Positions 1 through 13,145 of a DNA stretch of 64,000 nt are shown here, one piece after another. Made by a program: the position numbers and the translations under genes. Within the stretch, counting starts at the first letter, position 1; each line of letters starts with the position of its first letter. Source of the DNA: Adineta vaga (Eukaryota > Animalia > Rotifera); the NCBI GenBank assembly GCA_021613535.1, contig CP075492.1, positions 13,082,001 to 13,146,000 on the forward strand, given 5' to 3'. The notes beneath the pieces were generated by a model. The model did not search any database, was not told where the DNA came from, and worked only from the letters and a program-made list of their open reading frames with translations.

Positions 1-2
1 GT

Positions 3-350
3 GGATTTGTTGTAACTCCAGAAGGTCAAGATCATTTGACATTAAAATTAAATTCACCACCAGTTCGTTCACTTGGTGATCAAGTTAAAGTTGAATTTAA
101 ACTAAATCCATCGTGGTATTATAATGGTACAAAATGTGCAACATTCAATCCCATCACATTCACTTCAGATAATTGGCAAATTCCCCAACAAGTTGACATG
201 ACATTTGCTGACTATGGTTGTTGTAGTTATGTCATGACAGCAACTAGTGGAGGATATGAATGGCAATATCAATATTCCGCATTCGTTGTTTACGGATGTG
301 AAGGAGAAGCTGGATATGGATGTAAAGGAAAATATCCATGTGGTGGTTAA
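3..350 (+). CDS. C-terminal part of an uncharacterised Cys-rich protein with a Calx-beta/Ig-like 'FTxxNWxxPQxV' module (5' truncated by window edge)
   Basis: The frame is open from nt 3 (GFVVTPEGQDHLTLKLNSPP...ITFTSDNWQIPQQVDMTFAD...CKGKYPCGG*) and AATAAA follows at about 408. Confidence 0.6.
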   Translation, partial: GFVVTPEGQDHLTLKLNSPPVRSLGDQVKVEFKLNPSWYYNGTKCATFNPITFTSDNWQIPQQVDMTFADYGCCSYVMTATSGGYEWQYQYSAFVVYGCEGEAGYGCKGKYPCGG

Positions 351-909
351 AACGCACTTGAAAGACATGAATATTCTACTATTTATGGATCGTTTTTTTT
401 TTCAACAAAATAAAATCTTCTCTTAGAACACAGTTGATCAATAAGTTTCATCAAATGTTTCCATTTTTCAAACGATTTCCATCTTATATAAATATTACTT
501 TACACTATGCATATCGTAAAGAAAAACAAAAAAATGACATGCTCATTTTATACAAATCACAAGTATAATCGATGCACACGAGTTGATATAGAAAGCTGTT
601 AATTTAAAATTATTTCTGAAATAATAAAATCAGATTGTTTATTAACAATTGGTATAAGAGGAAAAACTTATGTATCATTCGCCCGATTATCTAACTTCTT
701 CACGTTCTTTTCAAAAATAATGACACATTGATTTTTTTCTCTTGTTGTTACGCATGAAGTCGTTTCGCACGTTGATATAATAATTTTTCATTTCATACGA
801 AGTGCTAATGTAATTTCTCAATTGAGTTGTAAAAAAATACATAAAAGAGGAGCCGTTAAATGTGACAGAATGAATTGGTATTTTCTATTCTTTTGTTTGT
901 AGAATTCTA

Positions 910-1744
910 ATGATTTCTTCAATAGTAAATAATTTTCTTTATCCTCGTCCAAATCCTGCACATTATTCAGCAACATCACATCCTAATTATTTGATTTGGA
1001 TTCCTTCCAACGGATCAATACCATCGATTCCATGTTTCTATTTTCATTTATCACAAACACGTCCATTGATTATATGGAGTCATGGTAATGGTTGTGATAT
1101 CGGTACCATGGCTCCATTACTTCAATTTTTAAGTCAACAATTACATGTCAATATTTTAATATATGAATATCCTGGTTATGGTTTATGTACGAACGAAATA
1201 CCATCAGAAGAGACCATCAATCAACATACTCAACAAGCGTATCATTTTGCTCGAAATCATCTACATTACTCACCAGATCGTATCGTTTTCTATGGCCATA
1301 GCATCGGTAGTGGAACAGCATGTATGATGGTAAAAAAAACCTATTCTAATATGAAGTATTTGGATTGATACACATGATTTATTCAACTATTTTTAGGTTG
1401 CTTCTCTACTACAAAAAGGTATTTCTGTCGGTGGACTCATTCTACAAAGTCCATACAAATCATTAACAGAACTTGTTAAACAAAAAGCAGGAGTATTTAG
1501 TTTCTTCATACGACATATCGGATGGAATAATTTCAATTCAATGCAAATCATAACTTGTCCTGTCTTATTTCTACATGGTAAACAAGATGATTTAATTTCA
1601 TATGATAATTCTGTTGCATTGTATAACGTATGTCCTTCGCACAAGAAACATATTATATTGATTGATAATGCTGATCATAATACAATTAATCTACAGGTTA
1701 TTCTTCAACATCTAGGAAGATTTCTGCATGCATATTTACATTGA
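910..1744 (+). CDS. ABHD17/ABHD13-like alpha/beta hydrolase, 2 exons (910-1329, 1397-1744)
   Basis: Motifs SHGNGCDIG, YEYPGYG, nucleophile GHSIG, GLILQSPY, LHGKQDDLI and ADHN. A GT-AG intron at 1330-1396 joins the two ORFs in frame. Confidence 0.88.
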
Positions 1745-1951
1745 AAAATTTTCCATTCGTAATCATTTACAATTAGATATGTTCATTTCGATCAAAATAT
1801 CCAAGTTTTATTCGTTAAAACAATATAAGTCTTATTAAAGAGAATAGAAAAAGAAAAGAAATACCTGGAATGTAACTAACTGACAAATATTATTATTTAA
1901 AAAAATGACTAGAATTTGGATTATCTTATGCAATGATTTATCGTTTTCGAA

Positions 1952-3111
1952 TCAGAATGGTCGATTGAAAAGAAGACATCGATTCGAAAGAACACTGTCC
2001 ATTTTGGCAAATTCACTGTTCTGTAATTCACCATGAGATACATTTGGACCGAGTCGGTTAATTAATAGCTATCAAAAGAAAATTTCCTAGATAAAAAATA
2101 TTAACATCAATTCTTTACTTACTCGAATACTTTCTCCATATCGTTGATCAGCAGGTAAATGATAAACAGTATCATTTATCCATAAACAATTCGCTGCTAC
2201 ATCATCAGGAAGTGTGATAATCTTATAGGATTTATATTCACTCATCTCTTCCATTTGCTACAACAGGAAATCAAATTATTTTCTCTAGGGCAAGAAAATC
2301 TTTCTTACACGAAGAAGATCTTTAGCAATATCTGATCCACCAACTGTCATTGTGTCCATTCCAATCATTGAAACATAATTTTTTAAATGTGCACCTTTCT
2401 TTACCTAAATTAATTTCATGACAATTCGACGCAAGAAAGAGAAGACAAACCACATACCCTGAGTAGAGTTACTGGATATTCAGGAAATGTAGATGCAACT
2501 GCTTTTGCTCCCGATAGATTAGTCGTTTTCGATAGACCAACAAAAAATTCACGACCTAGAATAAAATTTAGAAAAAAAGGAAGTTTTCCATACGATTCTA
2601 AAGCAATAACATACCAGTGAATAGAACATCACTACCATCAATGGTCGCAGATGAATCTTTAATATCAACAATTTGAAGACCTTCTCGTCGAAGTATTGTT
2701 CGAATAATATCAACCTAAACATAGATATTCGTTTTTCTGGAAGTCTCTTGAGAATATGTCTCACTTCTTTCAATCGTCCATATACACTAGGTCGACATAT
2801 CAATGCAATTCCATCACAAATAACTGCTGTATCTTCTACAAATACTCCTTCTGGTAAGGATTCATCTGCAGGTAATTCAATAACATCCAAACCAAGTTTC
2901 CTAAAAAATGAACTTTCTTCTTTCTAATTCATAAAACAAATGATTATATTTACCTTAAAATTGCAATATAATCTTGATGTTGTTTCCGTGCTTTATCAAT
3001 ATTAATTACTTCTCTAATATCAAGTTGACAAAGTGCTGCATCTTTTAAACTTGCTGCGACTCGACTAACAATTGCCGATTGAAAATGAAAATCGAATGGA
3101 TATGTTAACAT
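1952..3111 (-). CDS. DDAH: Dimethylarginine dimethylaminohydrolase (DDAH)-family protein, 7 exons
   Basis: Spliced translation gives MLTYPFDF...KARKQHQDY, LPADESLPEGVFVEDTAV, IDGSDVLFTGREFFVGLS, HLKNYVSM, AANCLWIN, EFAKMDSVLSNRCLLFNRPF*. Confidence 0.92.
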
Positions 3112-3280
3112 GAATAATCTTTCAAATAGAAAAAAAAACCGAAAGAAGAAGTAAAGAAATTGAATAAATAGTAAATGAATGTATAGATATATATATTGCA
3201 CACACATGAAATCAAATGAAACAACAATAAGAATTAAAGATTTACGAGATGAAATTTAAAAAAAATATGCCATAAAAGAA

Positions 3281-6200
3281 TTAATTAACTTTAGCTCGAT
3301 TTGATGAGCCAGTTGCTTCTTTAATCGTATTCACCGTTTTGGATAACCAACTAACTGTCGACGAGTTCGAATTCGTATTAACTGAACGCATACTATTCAC
3401 AGAATTTGTATCCGAATCACTTGTAATTGAAGATGAATGACGAAGTTGATGAACAAGTTCTTGATTTTCACAGAGAGCTTGTGTAAGTGCAAGTTTCTTT
3501 TCAGCTAATTCAATTTCTACTTGACGTAAACGATCAGCAACAGACGATGGAATGGAAGAGATCGAAGGTAAATCATTTTCTTCATAATTATCGTTGTTAT
3601 TCATAGTTTCGCGTTCGGGAGTTGAAGCATTACTGGATGCGGGAGATATGATATTATTAATAGTTGATTTACATGAATCACAACAACGATTCTAAAGAAA
3701 GATAAATAGAAATAAATATATCAATATTAATGAATATCTTTACTTGAATAGATTCAATTTTATTTCGATATTTATCTTTTTGTTTATCTAATTGATGATT
3801 TAATTGTGAACAAATCTGTAGAGATAAAAAGAAAACAATATCGAAATTTATACAAATGATTAATCATTTCATTTACTTGTTTATAATCTGAAACGATCTT
3901 TTGTGTTTGTTGAAGTTCATCACATGTACGTCGAAATGCTTCTCGAATCTAAAGAAATGTATTTAGTTTTATGCAATAATTTTCTCTACGAAACTTTCAA
4001 TTACATTCTCTGATTCTTCATTTAAACGAATGGTATGTTGTTCACTTTCTCGTATAATTGTTCGCGTTGCTTGTACTTCTTTTGTTAATGTTTCAATACG
4101 ATCTTCTGCCTAATATACAAATTTTTTCATAGAATCAAAAAGTGTTCAAAATGAAAAGAATAATTGACAGACCTCATCGAGATTACTCTTTAATTTTACT
4201 CGATCATTAACTAATTCCAATGCAAGCATTTCATTCTCTAATTCAGAACGCATACAAATTTCTGTTAAACGTTTATTATCTAATTCAAGACGTTGCAATG
4301 GTAATTCTCCTTGTTCTTCTTCAGCTCGACGAGTTAAATAATCTTTTTCATATCGTTTTAATTTTTTTACATTAATCTACGAAACAAATCATATATTTTC
4401 ATTCGAATTGAAACGAATATTACCTTCATTAGACATGCAGTTTGAATTAATTCATCAGCGTGATCTTCACTTCGATATTTTTTCGGTAAATTAACACGAA
4501 AAAATCTCATTACACCTTCAAAATCAAGTGATAATAAATCTTTTTGACAACCCTAAAATTTATCGATTGAATTCAATAGAAATGCAAAGTTTTCGACCAA
4601 AAAAAATTTACCTTAAGCAAAGCTAAGGCAACACCAAACAATGCATTGAATCCCTTGAAGAAAAAAAAACGAAAATCAAATTATTTTTATAAAAATGAAT
4701 TCAAACATGTCGAACGAACTTCATATAGAAATATATCCATAATACGAAAGACTAAATATAATGGAAATTTGGCTGTAAATAATGTTAAAAGCCATTGAGA
4801 CGCGTACATATGACATTCAACTTTTAAATCATCAAAATGTGCATAAAGATCAGGAAGATTATCTTGAATCAGACATGTTAATTGATAAAAGCGAACTTGT
4901 AAATTTTCGAAATTAGCTTTATACATTTCACGTAATAAATATCTTGAATCTTCCATTAATTTACATAATAACATAAACGCTTGTTCTTCTGGCATCTAAA
5001 TTCAATAAAAGGAAAATTAGAGAAAAACTATTGATTTCTATCTTACATGAATAAGTAATGTTGCGATAACAAAGGATAAACCTTGACAATATCCAACTTC
5101 TTCATCTCGAACAGAGTAAGCCTATGAAAAAAAAACAAGAGATAAATCTTTTCCATTTGTTGAAAGAAATGTTGCTACTAACTCGACTTAATTTATAAAG
5201 AGCTTCTTGACCAATACCACCTGCATCTTTAAAATATTCATGAGCAGGAAATGTTCGATTTAAATCATTAAGAATCACACGTTCACTTGCAGATTCCTAT
5301 GAGAAAATTTCGATTCTATAGAAATCGCATATTAAAACAATGTTTTCAACAAACTTTAGTTAATAATAAACGGTAAGTATTAATCATTTCATTTTCATCA
5401 CCAACACTTCCGACTAATAATTGCCATACTTCACCACGTAATGCTTCCGGAATACCTTTTCGTACAAGTGATTGTAAACCACGTGGTCGTTCAGCATAGT
5501 TTTTTCTCCATTTAGATAATATATCACTCCAATTGCCAAGAACTTCTTCATCACATTCTTTGCTTACATGACCAAAACCACTTACCATTGGTTCATCATC
5601 ATCATCTTCAGGTCCAGCTATAAAATAAAGATTCTCATGATTTGACTATTCAAATAACAGTCGCTTACCTGCACCTGATTGTCGTAATTTTGCACGTCGT
5701 TCTGCTTCAGATTTACTTTCTAAGAGAATCACTTCATACGTATCATCTTGATGCGTTGATGACGAACTTTTCGATGGTATCTAAATATTACATTGGGTGT
5801 TAGTTCAATTTGAACAAATGTAGAAAGAAAAATATATCGTCTACTTCTTTAAGAATCATATCGAATTCTTCTGTAAATGGTGTTAATTTTTTGAATGAAG
5901 ACCAAATTGTATCACTAATGTCTTGTGATAGAATGTCTCCTTTACTATTTGACACGCAAATACGAGCTTTTGCTTCGATTAAAAAACGAACTGGTTCGTG
6001 AATACCACTGATGACAAGGTCGATAGCGATTGTAAAAAATACACGGGCTCCTAATAGAAAAGCAAAAAAGAAAGAAAGAGAGAACGTTTTGTATTGAAAG
6101 AGCAGGTGGTAGTCATTTTCATATTTGCACAAAACCATAGGAAAAGAGAAATATAACAAAGTAAAGAAAGAAAAAAAGAGAATCAGTATATCTTAATCCA

Positions 6201-7945
6201 TCTTACATACCTTTCGGTGTTTCTTCGTTAAGATGTGTTAATTCTTTGAATCCACGTGCTAGTGGATCCCAATTTCCTCGTACCATGTAATATCGACCAT
6301 CTTCTGATTTACCCATTGATTCCTATTGACAAAAAATAAATATTATTCAACAAAGAATAGAAAAAAAAATACGAACTAAATCAAGTAATTGCATATCACT
6401 TGCACGAACGTTTCTTCCTTGAGCAAGAAGCATACCAAAACATCTAAATTTATTTTTCAAAAACAAAGAAGAGTTTTATTTTCTCGTATTGGAAAAGACT
6501 TATTTCATATACCTTTCGATAATTAAAGGAAATCCACGAATTTGATGAAGAGCAACTGTAACATTCTTACGAATATCTTTTCGTAAACGGAAAACATTTT
6601 TTTCTGGTCTATAAAACAAATCAAATCTATATTGAAGATATCGTTCGAAAGAAAAACAGAATCTTACCTTGGTACAGAGACAAAACTAACATTTCCTTTA
6701 TTATCGATAGTTTCTTCTTTAATATCGAAATAACTTCGAAATCTAATTGTACCATCGGATGGTTTTTGTGAAGTTTGTTGTTGATTATTGGATGATTGAG
6801 TCGAATTTGATGATGGTTGTTGTAATTGTGCAACAGTTGCTTGTATTGCTTGACCAATTAATGTTGTTGTTCGACGAGATATCGATCCTGTAGCTTGATT
6901 GCCTTGTGTTGGAGATTGATTATTCGACGCTGATGGAGTTGAACGTCGAAATGCATTAGCAAAACTGAGTAGAATTTTATAAATCTAATTAGATAAAGAG
7001 AAAAACAATAATGTAATCTTCTATCCATCACCAAACAAAAATTTGAAAGGAAAAGAAAACGATTTAACCATATCCCTCTATCTGTCTCACTTACAAACTG
7101 AATATTTTCAATCTAAATATTTGAATCTAATCGGAAATAGAATTTAGAAAAACAATGCACATATCATTCTTACCGCATCTTGCATATCACAACGAAAAAT
7201 TTGACATTGATAGAGAACTTCTTGTTGAGGTTTGCCATTTTCATCCACTGGCATGGAACTATTTGTTGACGTTAATACACGTGATGTTGTAAATGCCCAA
7301 CAACATGCTAATGGTGTATTGGTTGGACCACGTGAACAGAAAAGAATTTGAGATATACGATAGGATATAATTTCAAGTTCAGTTTGAGGATCAAGTAATC
7401 TAATTAAAGGATAGAATAGAATGAATTCTAATTATAATAAAAAAAAAACAAATTTGTAAATTCCTTACCGAACAACACCCGTTGCATTGTCAGGAACACA
7501 TAATGTAACTTCGATAGCCATTTTGCTTTGTTCATTTAATATTGCCATATTTCTAGATAGAGAACATAATAATAGTTTTATTGTTTTATTCATTTATACC
7601 TATTGAGTTCCTCTTCAGATCGAGGAGCATTAATACTAGCTGATCCGAGATAGGTTACACCATGAAAAAGTACACTGTTCGTTAAATCGGGTCGTTGTTG
7701 TTTGACTAGACCTATTCATAGAATGAGAAGAACGAAAAAAAAACAACTATGGACTATGTTACCAATATCATCATTGATGGGTGTTTGAGGCAAACTCTCA
7801 TCAGATGGAGTGGGAGAAGAAGATTCTGGAATAAGATTACTATCATTTGGAGTTGTTTGTTCAGCAGACTGAAGAATAAGTAAAAATAAAAAAATGATAC
7901 AAAAAAGAAATAATTTATTCATACTTCGTTCAATATTTCGGCCAT
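3281..7945 (-). CDS. RABGAP1: Rab GTPase-activating protein 1-like (PTB + TBC + coiled coil), many exons
   Basis: PTB-like VLFHGVTYLGSASINAPRSE; TBC domain KGIPEALRGEVW with Arg finger ILNDLNRTFPAH and Gln finger GYCQGLSF; HMYASQWLLTLFTAKFPL; C-terminal coiled coil (RLRQVEIELAEKKLAL). The start MAEILNE at 7945 is inferred. Confidence 0.9.
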
Positions 7946-9889
7946 ATTATTTTCTAGATCAGTACTACCACCTCCTAAAACAAAAAGAATTCATTTATTT
8001 TGATTAAACATTGCGAAGAAAACGAATTAAATTAAAGCAAAGGCAAATTACATGTAAGATTGCTTATTTATTAGAAGATGTGTTAAAATCTCTTTGGAAA
8101 AAGAAGAAGAAGAAGAAAACTAGTAGCTTTCACTTACTTTTGTTGACAAGTACAAAAATAAAAAAAGATTTATTCCCTCTCACACTATTCTGGAATGAAA
8201 AGTTATATATAGTTACCAAACAACTGTCATCGAATAAAGATCAAAAGTTTAATTTTCTTACCGGCAGGTACTTTTAGTCGAGGTTGTTCTTTCCCAATGA
8301 AAATAAAATCAGCTGAATTTAAACTACTTAAACTTGTTGAATCGTCCATGGATTCATATAAAAAAAATGAATATTATCTTAAAAAATAGGAAGATGATTG
8401 AACATTGACTGACAAGCGAGACTAGTTGTTGTCGAAAAAACTGAATATAATCTGTCAATGAGAAGTAATTTACATAGAACAGATCTTTCATCGAACCGTA
8501 ACCAATAGATGATGTCAAAACTATTGAAAACAGATCTTTCAATTCTATTTGATTAGATGATCGGAATTTTTATTTATCTTCTTTTGTTCTCCTCAACGGA
8601 TTTCATCATTGGAAAAATGAGGAGTTTGTATTATATTCGTGAGAAGAATAGAATAGAAGATATGTGATATGTTCGGCGATCTCATTTGTTTTTCTTTTTC
8701 TTTCGCGAAGACAAATAGAAAGAAGAAGAGAGAGAGAGAGAGACGAGTCAAAGTAGTTCTACCATACGACTGGATGATTGTCTTGTCTATTCCAAAAAAG
8801 AAAATGAGAATTAATAAATTGATGATTGATGTTTTAGAATAATATTCATTAGTTGAAAATTATAAATTAGTTAAACAGAGATTTATTTCTAATGGACGAC
8901 GAGATTCTCAAAGAAGTAAATAAATATGATTATGAAAAGAAAAGAAGTTAACCGGATATTATTTATTTATAGATGTCACCAGTTGATGAGCGCCTCGATA
9001 AACTTGAGTCATGCGAATATATTTGAATGAATGTATGATGAAATGAAGAATGTGCATGCGAAACAAACAATACATCATATGATATTTAGAGAGAAAGGAA
9101 GTCATGATGTACATATACATTTTTTCAAATATCACAAATGACACATAAAAGAACGAAAATGTAGTCTTATTCATTTCGTGTAAACATTACTGTATGAACA
9201 GAAACAAGAACAAGCTTTCGAAGACATCTAAAAACGTCATCAGAATGTAAGAATAGATAACAGAATGATTTTAAGATAATCTTCGTGGATAGTATACAGT
9301 TAACTATTCTTTCGAATTGACATGTCTAGTCAATCAAAAATGTATATTACAGTATTATCTGATGCATCATATTTTTTAACGTTGGAAATTTATTAGGAAG
9401 TACCTTTAACATATATGTATTTAAAAACGAATTAGTATGACGCAGCGTAAGGAGCCGTGTGTCTAGAACATTGATCAATATCTCTTAATCATTCGAATAA
9501 CATATTTTTCGAAAAAGAGAAAAATAGGGAATGTTTTCTTTTTACGTAAACAAGTATCACATCTGTATATTAATTAATTTTTAATCTATTCTTATGACAC
9601 TCATTTTCTCATTATATTCATCGATGGTAATACCAATAAATAAAAATACAACATCAAAACATTTGTCTGAATTATTTTCGGTTGCTCAATTGAAAATCAA
9701 TTTGTTTCTTAGATCATAAAGATGAGGCATTTATTCTAGTTTAAAATCAAACACATACATATCATAAAAATGACATTCATTAAAAAATAAAATCATAAGT
9801 TAAAGAAACAGACACGTCGAATCTTTGTTAAACAATCAAATACATTGAAAATTGGCTTTTTCTTATAGTCAGATTCTAGTTTTGACACA

Positions 9890-10251
9890 TCAAAAACGTC
9901 CAACACCTTCTGTTACGACTGCACGTACTACATTAAAGGCAAGCAAAAGAGTTTCCCATGCACCTTTTCCTGCTTTTTTTCCAATCTCCAAAGGTTCAGT
10001 TTCATTTTCATCTACTGGTCGAGTACCAGCTCTCGATTGAACGCCAGTTCTACTTCTCATTTGATTGTTGCCATCGACATAATACATGTCTCCTTGAATG
10101 AAAAATATATTTATACTTTTGAATTCATCGAACTAATTTATTTACCTAACGTTGTTGTGTACTGTGTATTGTAATATGAAGAATAACTAGAAGGATATTG
10201 ATGAAACTGCATTTGATTTGGATAAATACTATATGATTGATACATGGCCAT
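9890..10251 (-). CDS. Small orphan protein (about 100 aa), Tyr/Gln/Ser-rich N-terminus, 2 exons
   Basis: MAMYQSYSIYPNQMQFHQYPSSYSSYYNTQYTTTL joins GDMYYVDGNNQ...GVGRF* through a short GT-AG intron (about 10094-10145) in frame. Confidence 0.55.
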
Positions 10252-11271
10252 GATAGTTTTGTTAAAAATACAAATACTGTACAGCAATACTAAGAAGAGA
10301 AAAAATGTTTCATATGAAGTTTTGTTTTCGTTTATATAGTTTTGTACTCGTCAGCAAATTAACCTGGAAAAAGGAAATTTTATAACTAAAGGTAAAATAT
10401 GTCTATGCATAAAACGACCGGAGGGTGCAAAGGTTTGTCTTAGAAGATAATTTTTCATGATATCGAAAGAGAACGTCTAATTACTTCCTGAAAGGTGCAT
10501 TTTGATTTTTCGTTTAATTAACGTAGACATTTGGAAATCAATCAATATCAACGTCATCAATGGGTTTTTGCCAATATTCGGTACTTTCTTTCGTTTGTTT
10601 TTCCTTGATAGTTTTTCTATTCTTTTACATATATTTTATTTTCGAAAAGATTCATGTCAAAGAGCAACATTGATTCAGTTCTATGCCATTATTTTCAAAT
10701 AATGAGGTATGCAAGTGATACATTACAGTCGATGTAACTATGACAATAAATTACATCAGATTGTTTATAATCTTCTCAAACAAATATCAACATCGAACTG
10801 ATATTTTATTGGCATAATGATACTGTAAATCAATCTTATACGATATTATTCGAGTAATAAAAATTCTTTCGATCTTCGGTGCAAACATGATTTAAACAAT
10901 ATGATTCGTTGTTTAGAATTATAATGATCTTATCAAACAGTTATACTTTTGTGAGAATAAACTTCAACTGAACTTTAGGACAGAGTACAATGTTTCGTCG
11001 TTGTTGTGTTCACATTCAATGAATTATTTATTTGAAACAAAATGATGTAACTGATGAATTTAAGAATTCTCCTGGATCATTTAATTTTATGACTCAATTC
11101 TAACTGAAATAAACATTTTATCTTGATAAGAACGCAAGTGACATCGAAGAAAGAATAGTTATACAACTATATATGCTTTCAATGCAAAAGATTATTCATT
11201 TTATCAAATTTAAATCTACGCATATAAATTCTTTCTGCACTTTATGACTTTTTTCCTAGTATTAGATTAAT

Positions 11272-12913
11272 ATGTGTGCTAATCAACAAAAAGTTATAGT
11301 AATTAATGAAGTATCCGATAATCAATATGAAAAATCTAATAATGATATAATTTCCGTTATTGAAGCGGATACGACTCTTGCTCGAAAGATGCATTTGGTA
11401 AACAATGCAATTGATGAAATTGGATTTACATCGTATCAAATGAAGCTTTTCTTTCTTAATGGTTTTGGATATGCTGTTGATTCATTACTTATTCTTCTCA
11501 ATGCTTTAACACAGCCACAAGTCGCTTTACAATATAAACCTGTAGTTAGTAAAGCACAAACAATGTCTGTTGGAGTTGGTCTATTATTTGGAGCATTATT
11601 TTGGGGTCTAGGAGCAGATGTACGTTTTTTGTTCTATTGAAGAAAAAAGCAATTCTCATTTTTCTATGTTGCAGGTCATTGGTCGTAAATATGCTTTCAA
11701 TATTACTTTACTTTGGTGTGCCATATTTGCTACTGTTGCTGGAGCTTCACCTAATTATGTATTCGTATGTGTATTCATGGGATTGATGGCTTTTGGAGGT
11801 GGTGGAAATCTTATTTTAGATACTGCTGTTTATTTAGAATTTCTTCCTGGTAAATATCAATGGTCACTTACATTTATGGCTGCATGGTGGGGTATTGGTC
11901 AAATGGTTGCTGGTCTTGTCGCATGGCCATTTCTAGCGAAGTTTTCTTGTACGAAAGATGAAGTTTGTACAAATGCAAACAATTCTGGATGGCGGTATAC
12001 CTTTTACACACTGGGATCACTCGTTTTCGTTCTTTCAATACTTCGTATGCTAATTATTCGATTGAAAGAATCTCCGAAATGGCTTCTATCACAAAATCGA
12101 GATGAAGAAGTAGTGAGAATCATCAGAGAAATCGCACAATCAGCAGGTAAAGAAAGTCCATTAACACTTGAACAATTACAAGACATTGGACCTGTTATTA
12201 CTGCAAATAGTAGAAAGAAATATGATTTAACCATAATTTACTATCATATCAAAGGTAAATATCAACAAACACTTTGTTCTATTATTATTAGTCTCTCTAA
12301 ATATCATCGTTTAGGACTTTTTCCAAATAGAAAAACGAGTTATTCAACTCTTCTTAATATTGCTTCATGGGCTCTCATTGGCCTTGCCTATCCACTCTAT
12401 AATGTGTTTTTACCTTATTATTTACAATCTCGGGGTGCTAGTATGGGTGATGGTTCAACTTATACGACCTATCGTAATTATGCTATTGTGAATGTTTGTA
12501 GTGTTTTTGGTCCGATCATTGCTGGTGGTCTTGTTGAAGTTCGTTTTCTTGGTCGTCGATATACAATGGTCATTGGAGCTCTTCTAACAATGGTTTTCCT
12601 ATTTTTATACACTATTGTTCGTACACAAGCTCAAAATTTGGCATTCAGTTGTATTATTAGTGTCTGTCTAAATATTTATTATGGAACTTTATATGCTTAT
12701 ACACCCGAAGTACTTCCATCTGAACATCGAGGTACAGGTAATGCAATAACAGTTGCATGTAATCGAGTGATGGGTATTGTTGCAGCAATAGTAGGAACAT
12801 ATGCAGATCTATCATCAAGTATACCTATATATGTATGTGCTGGATCTTTTGGTGCTTTAGCATTGTTTAGTTTTTTGTTTCCATTCGAAACTCGAGGAAA
12901 AACAAGTGCTTAA
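11272..12913 (+). CDS. MFS transporter (SV2-like/sugar-porter related), fungal type, 3 exons
   Basis: KMHLVNNAIDEIGFTSYQMKLFFLNGFGYAVDSL, GADVIGRK, LEFLP, ESPKWL, YAYTPEVLP, PFETRGK. Introns at 11620-11674 and 12255-12314 (60 nt, in frame and stop-free, so the ORF track reads through it). Confidence 0.9.
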
Positions 12914-13145
12914 TAAATGAAAGATAAATATTTTCTGTGATGAGGCACTCTGGTATATTGAATTTAATGAACAATATGAATAAATTTCAAAATTAACAAA
13001 ATACTTCTCGATTGATAAAAGCAACGAAGTTCAATCGAGATTAAATAAAAAATAAAAAATAGACAAAAAGAAAAGAAAACACCATTGGACTGATTTCCAA
13101 AACAAATACTTAAAAATATAAACACTTGAAATTTTATCTTGGTTA

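Noticed and set aside
8478-8541. 13-nt direct repeat AACAGATCTTTCA (a similar short duplication lies at 16822-16849)
   Set aside because: Only two copies, with no array structure, terminal repeats or associated genes; not CRISPR-like or a transposon.
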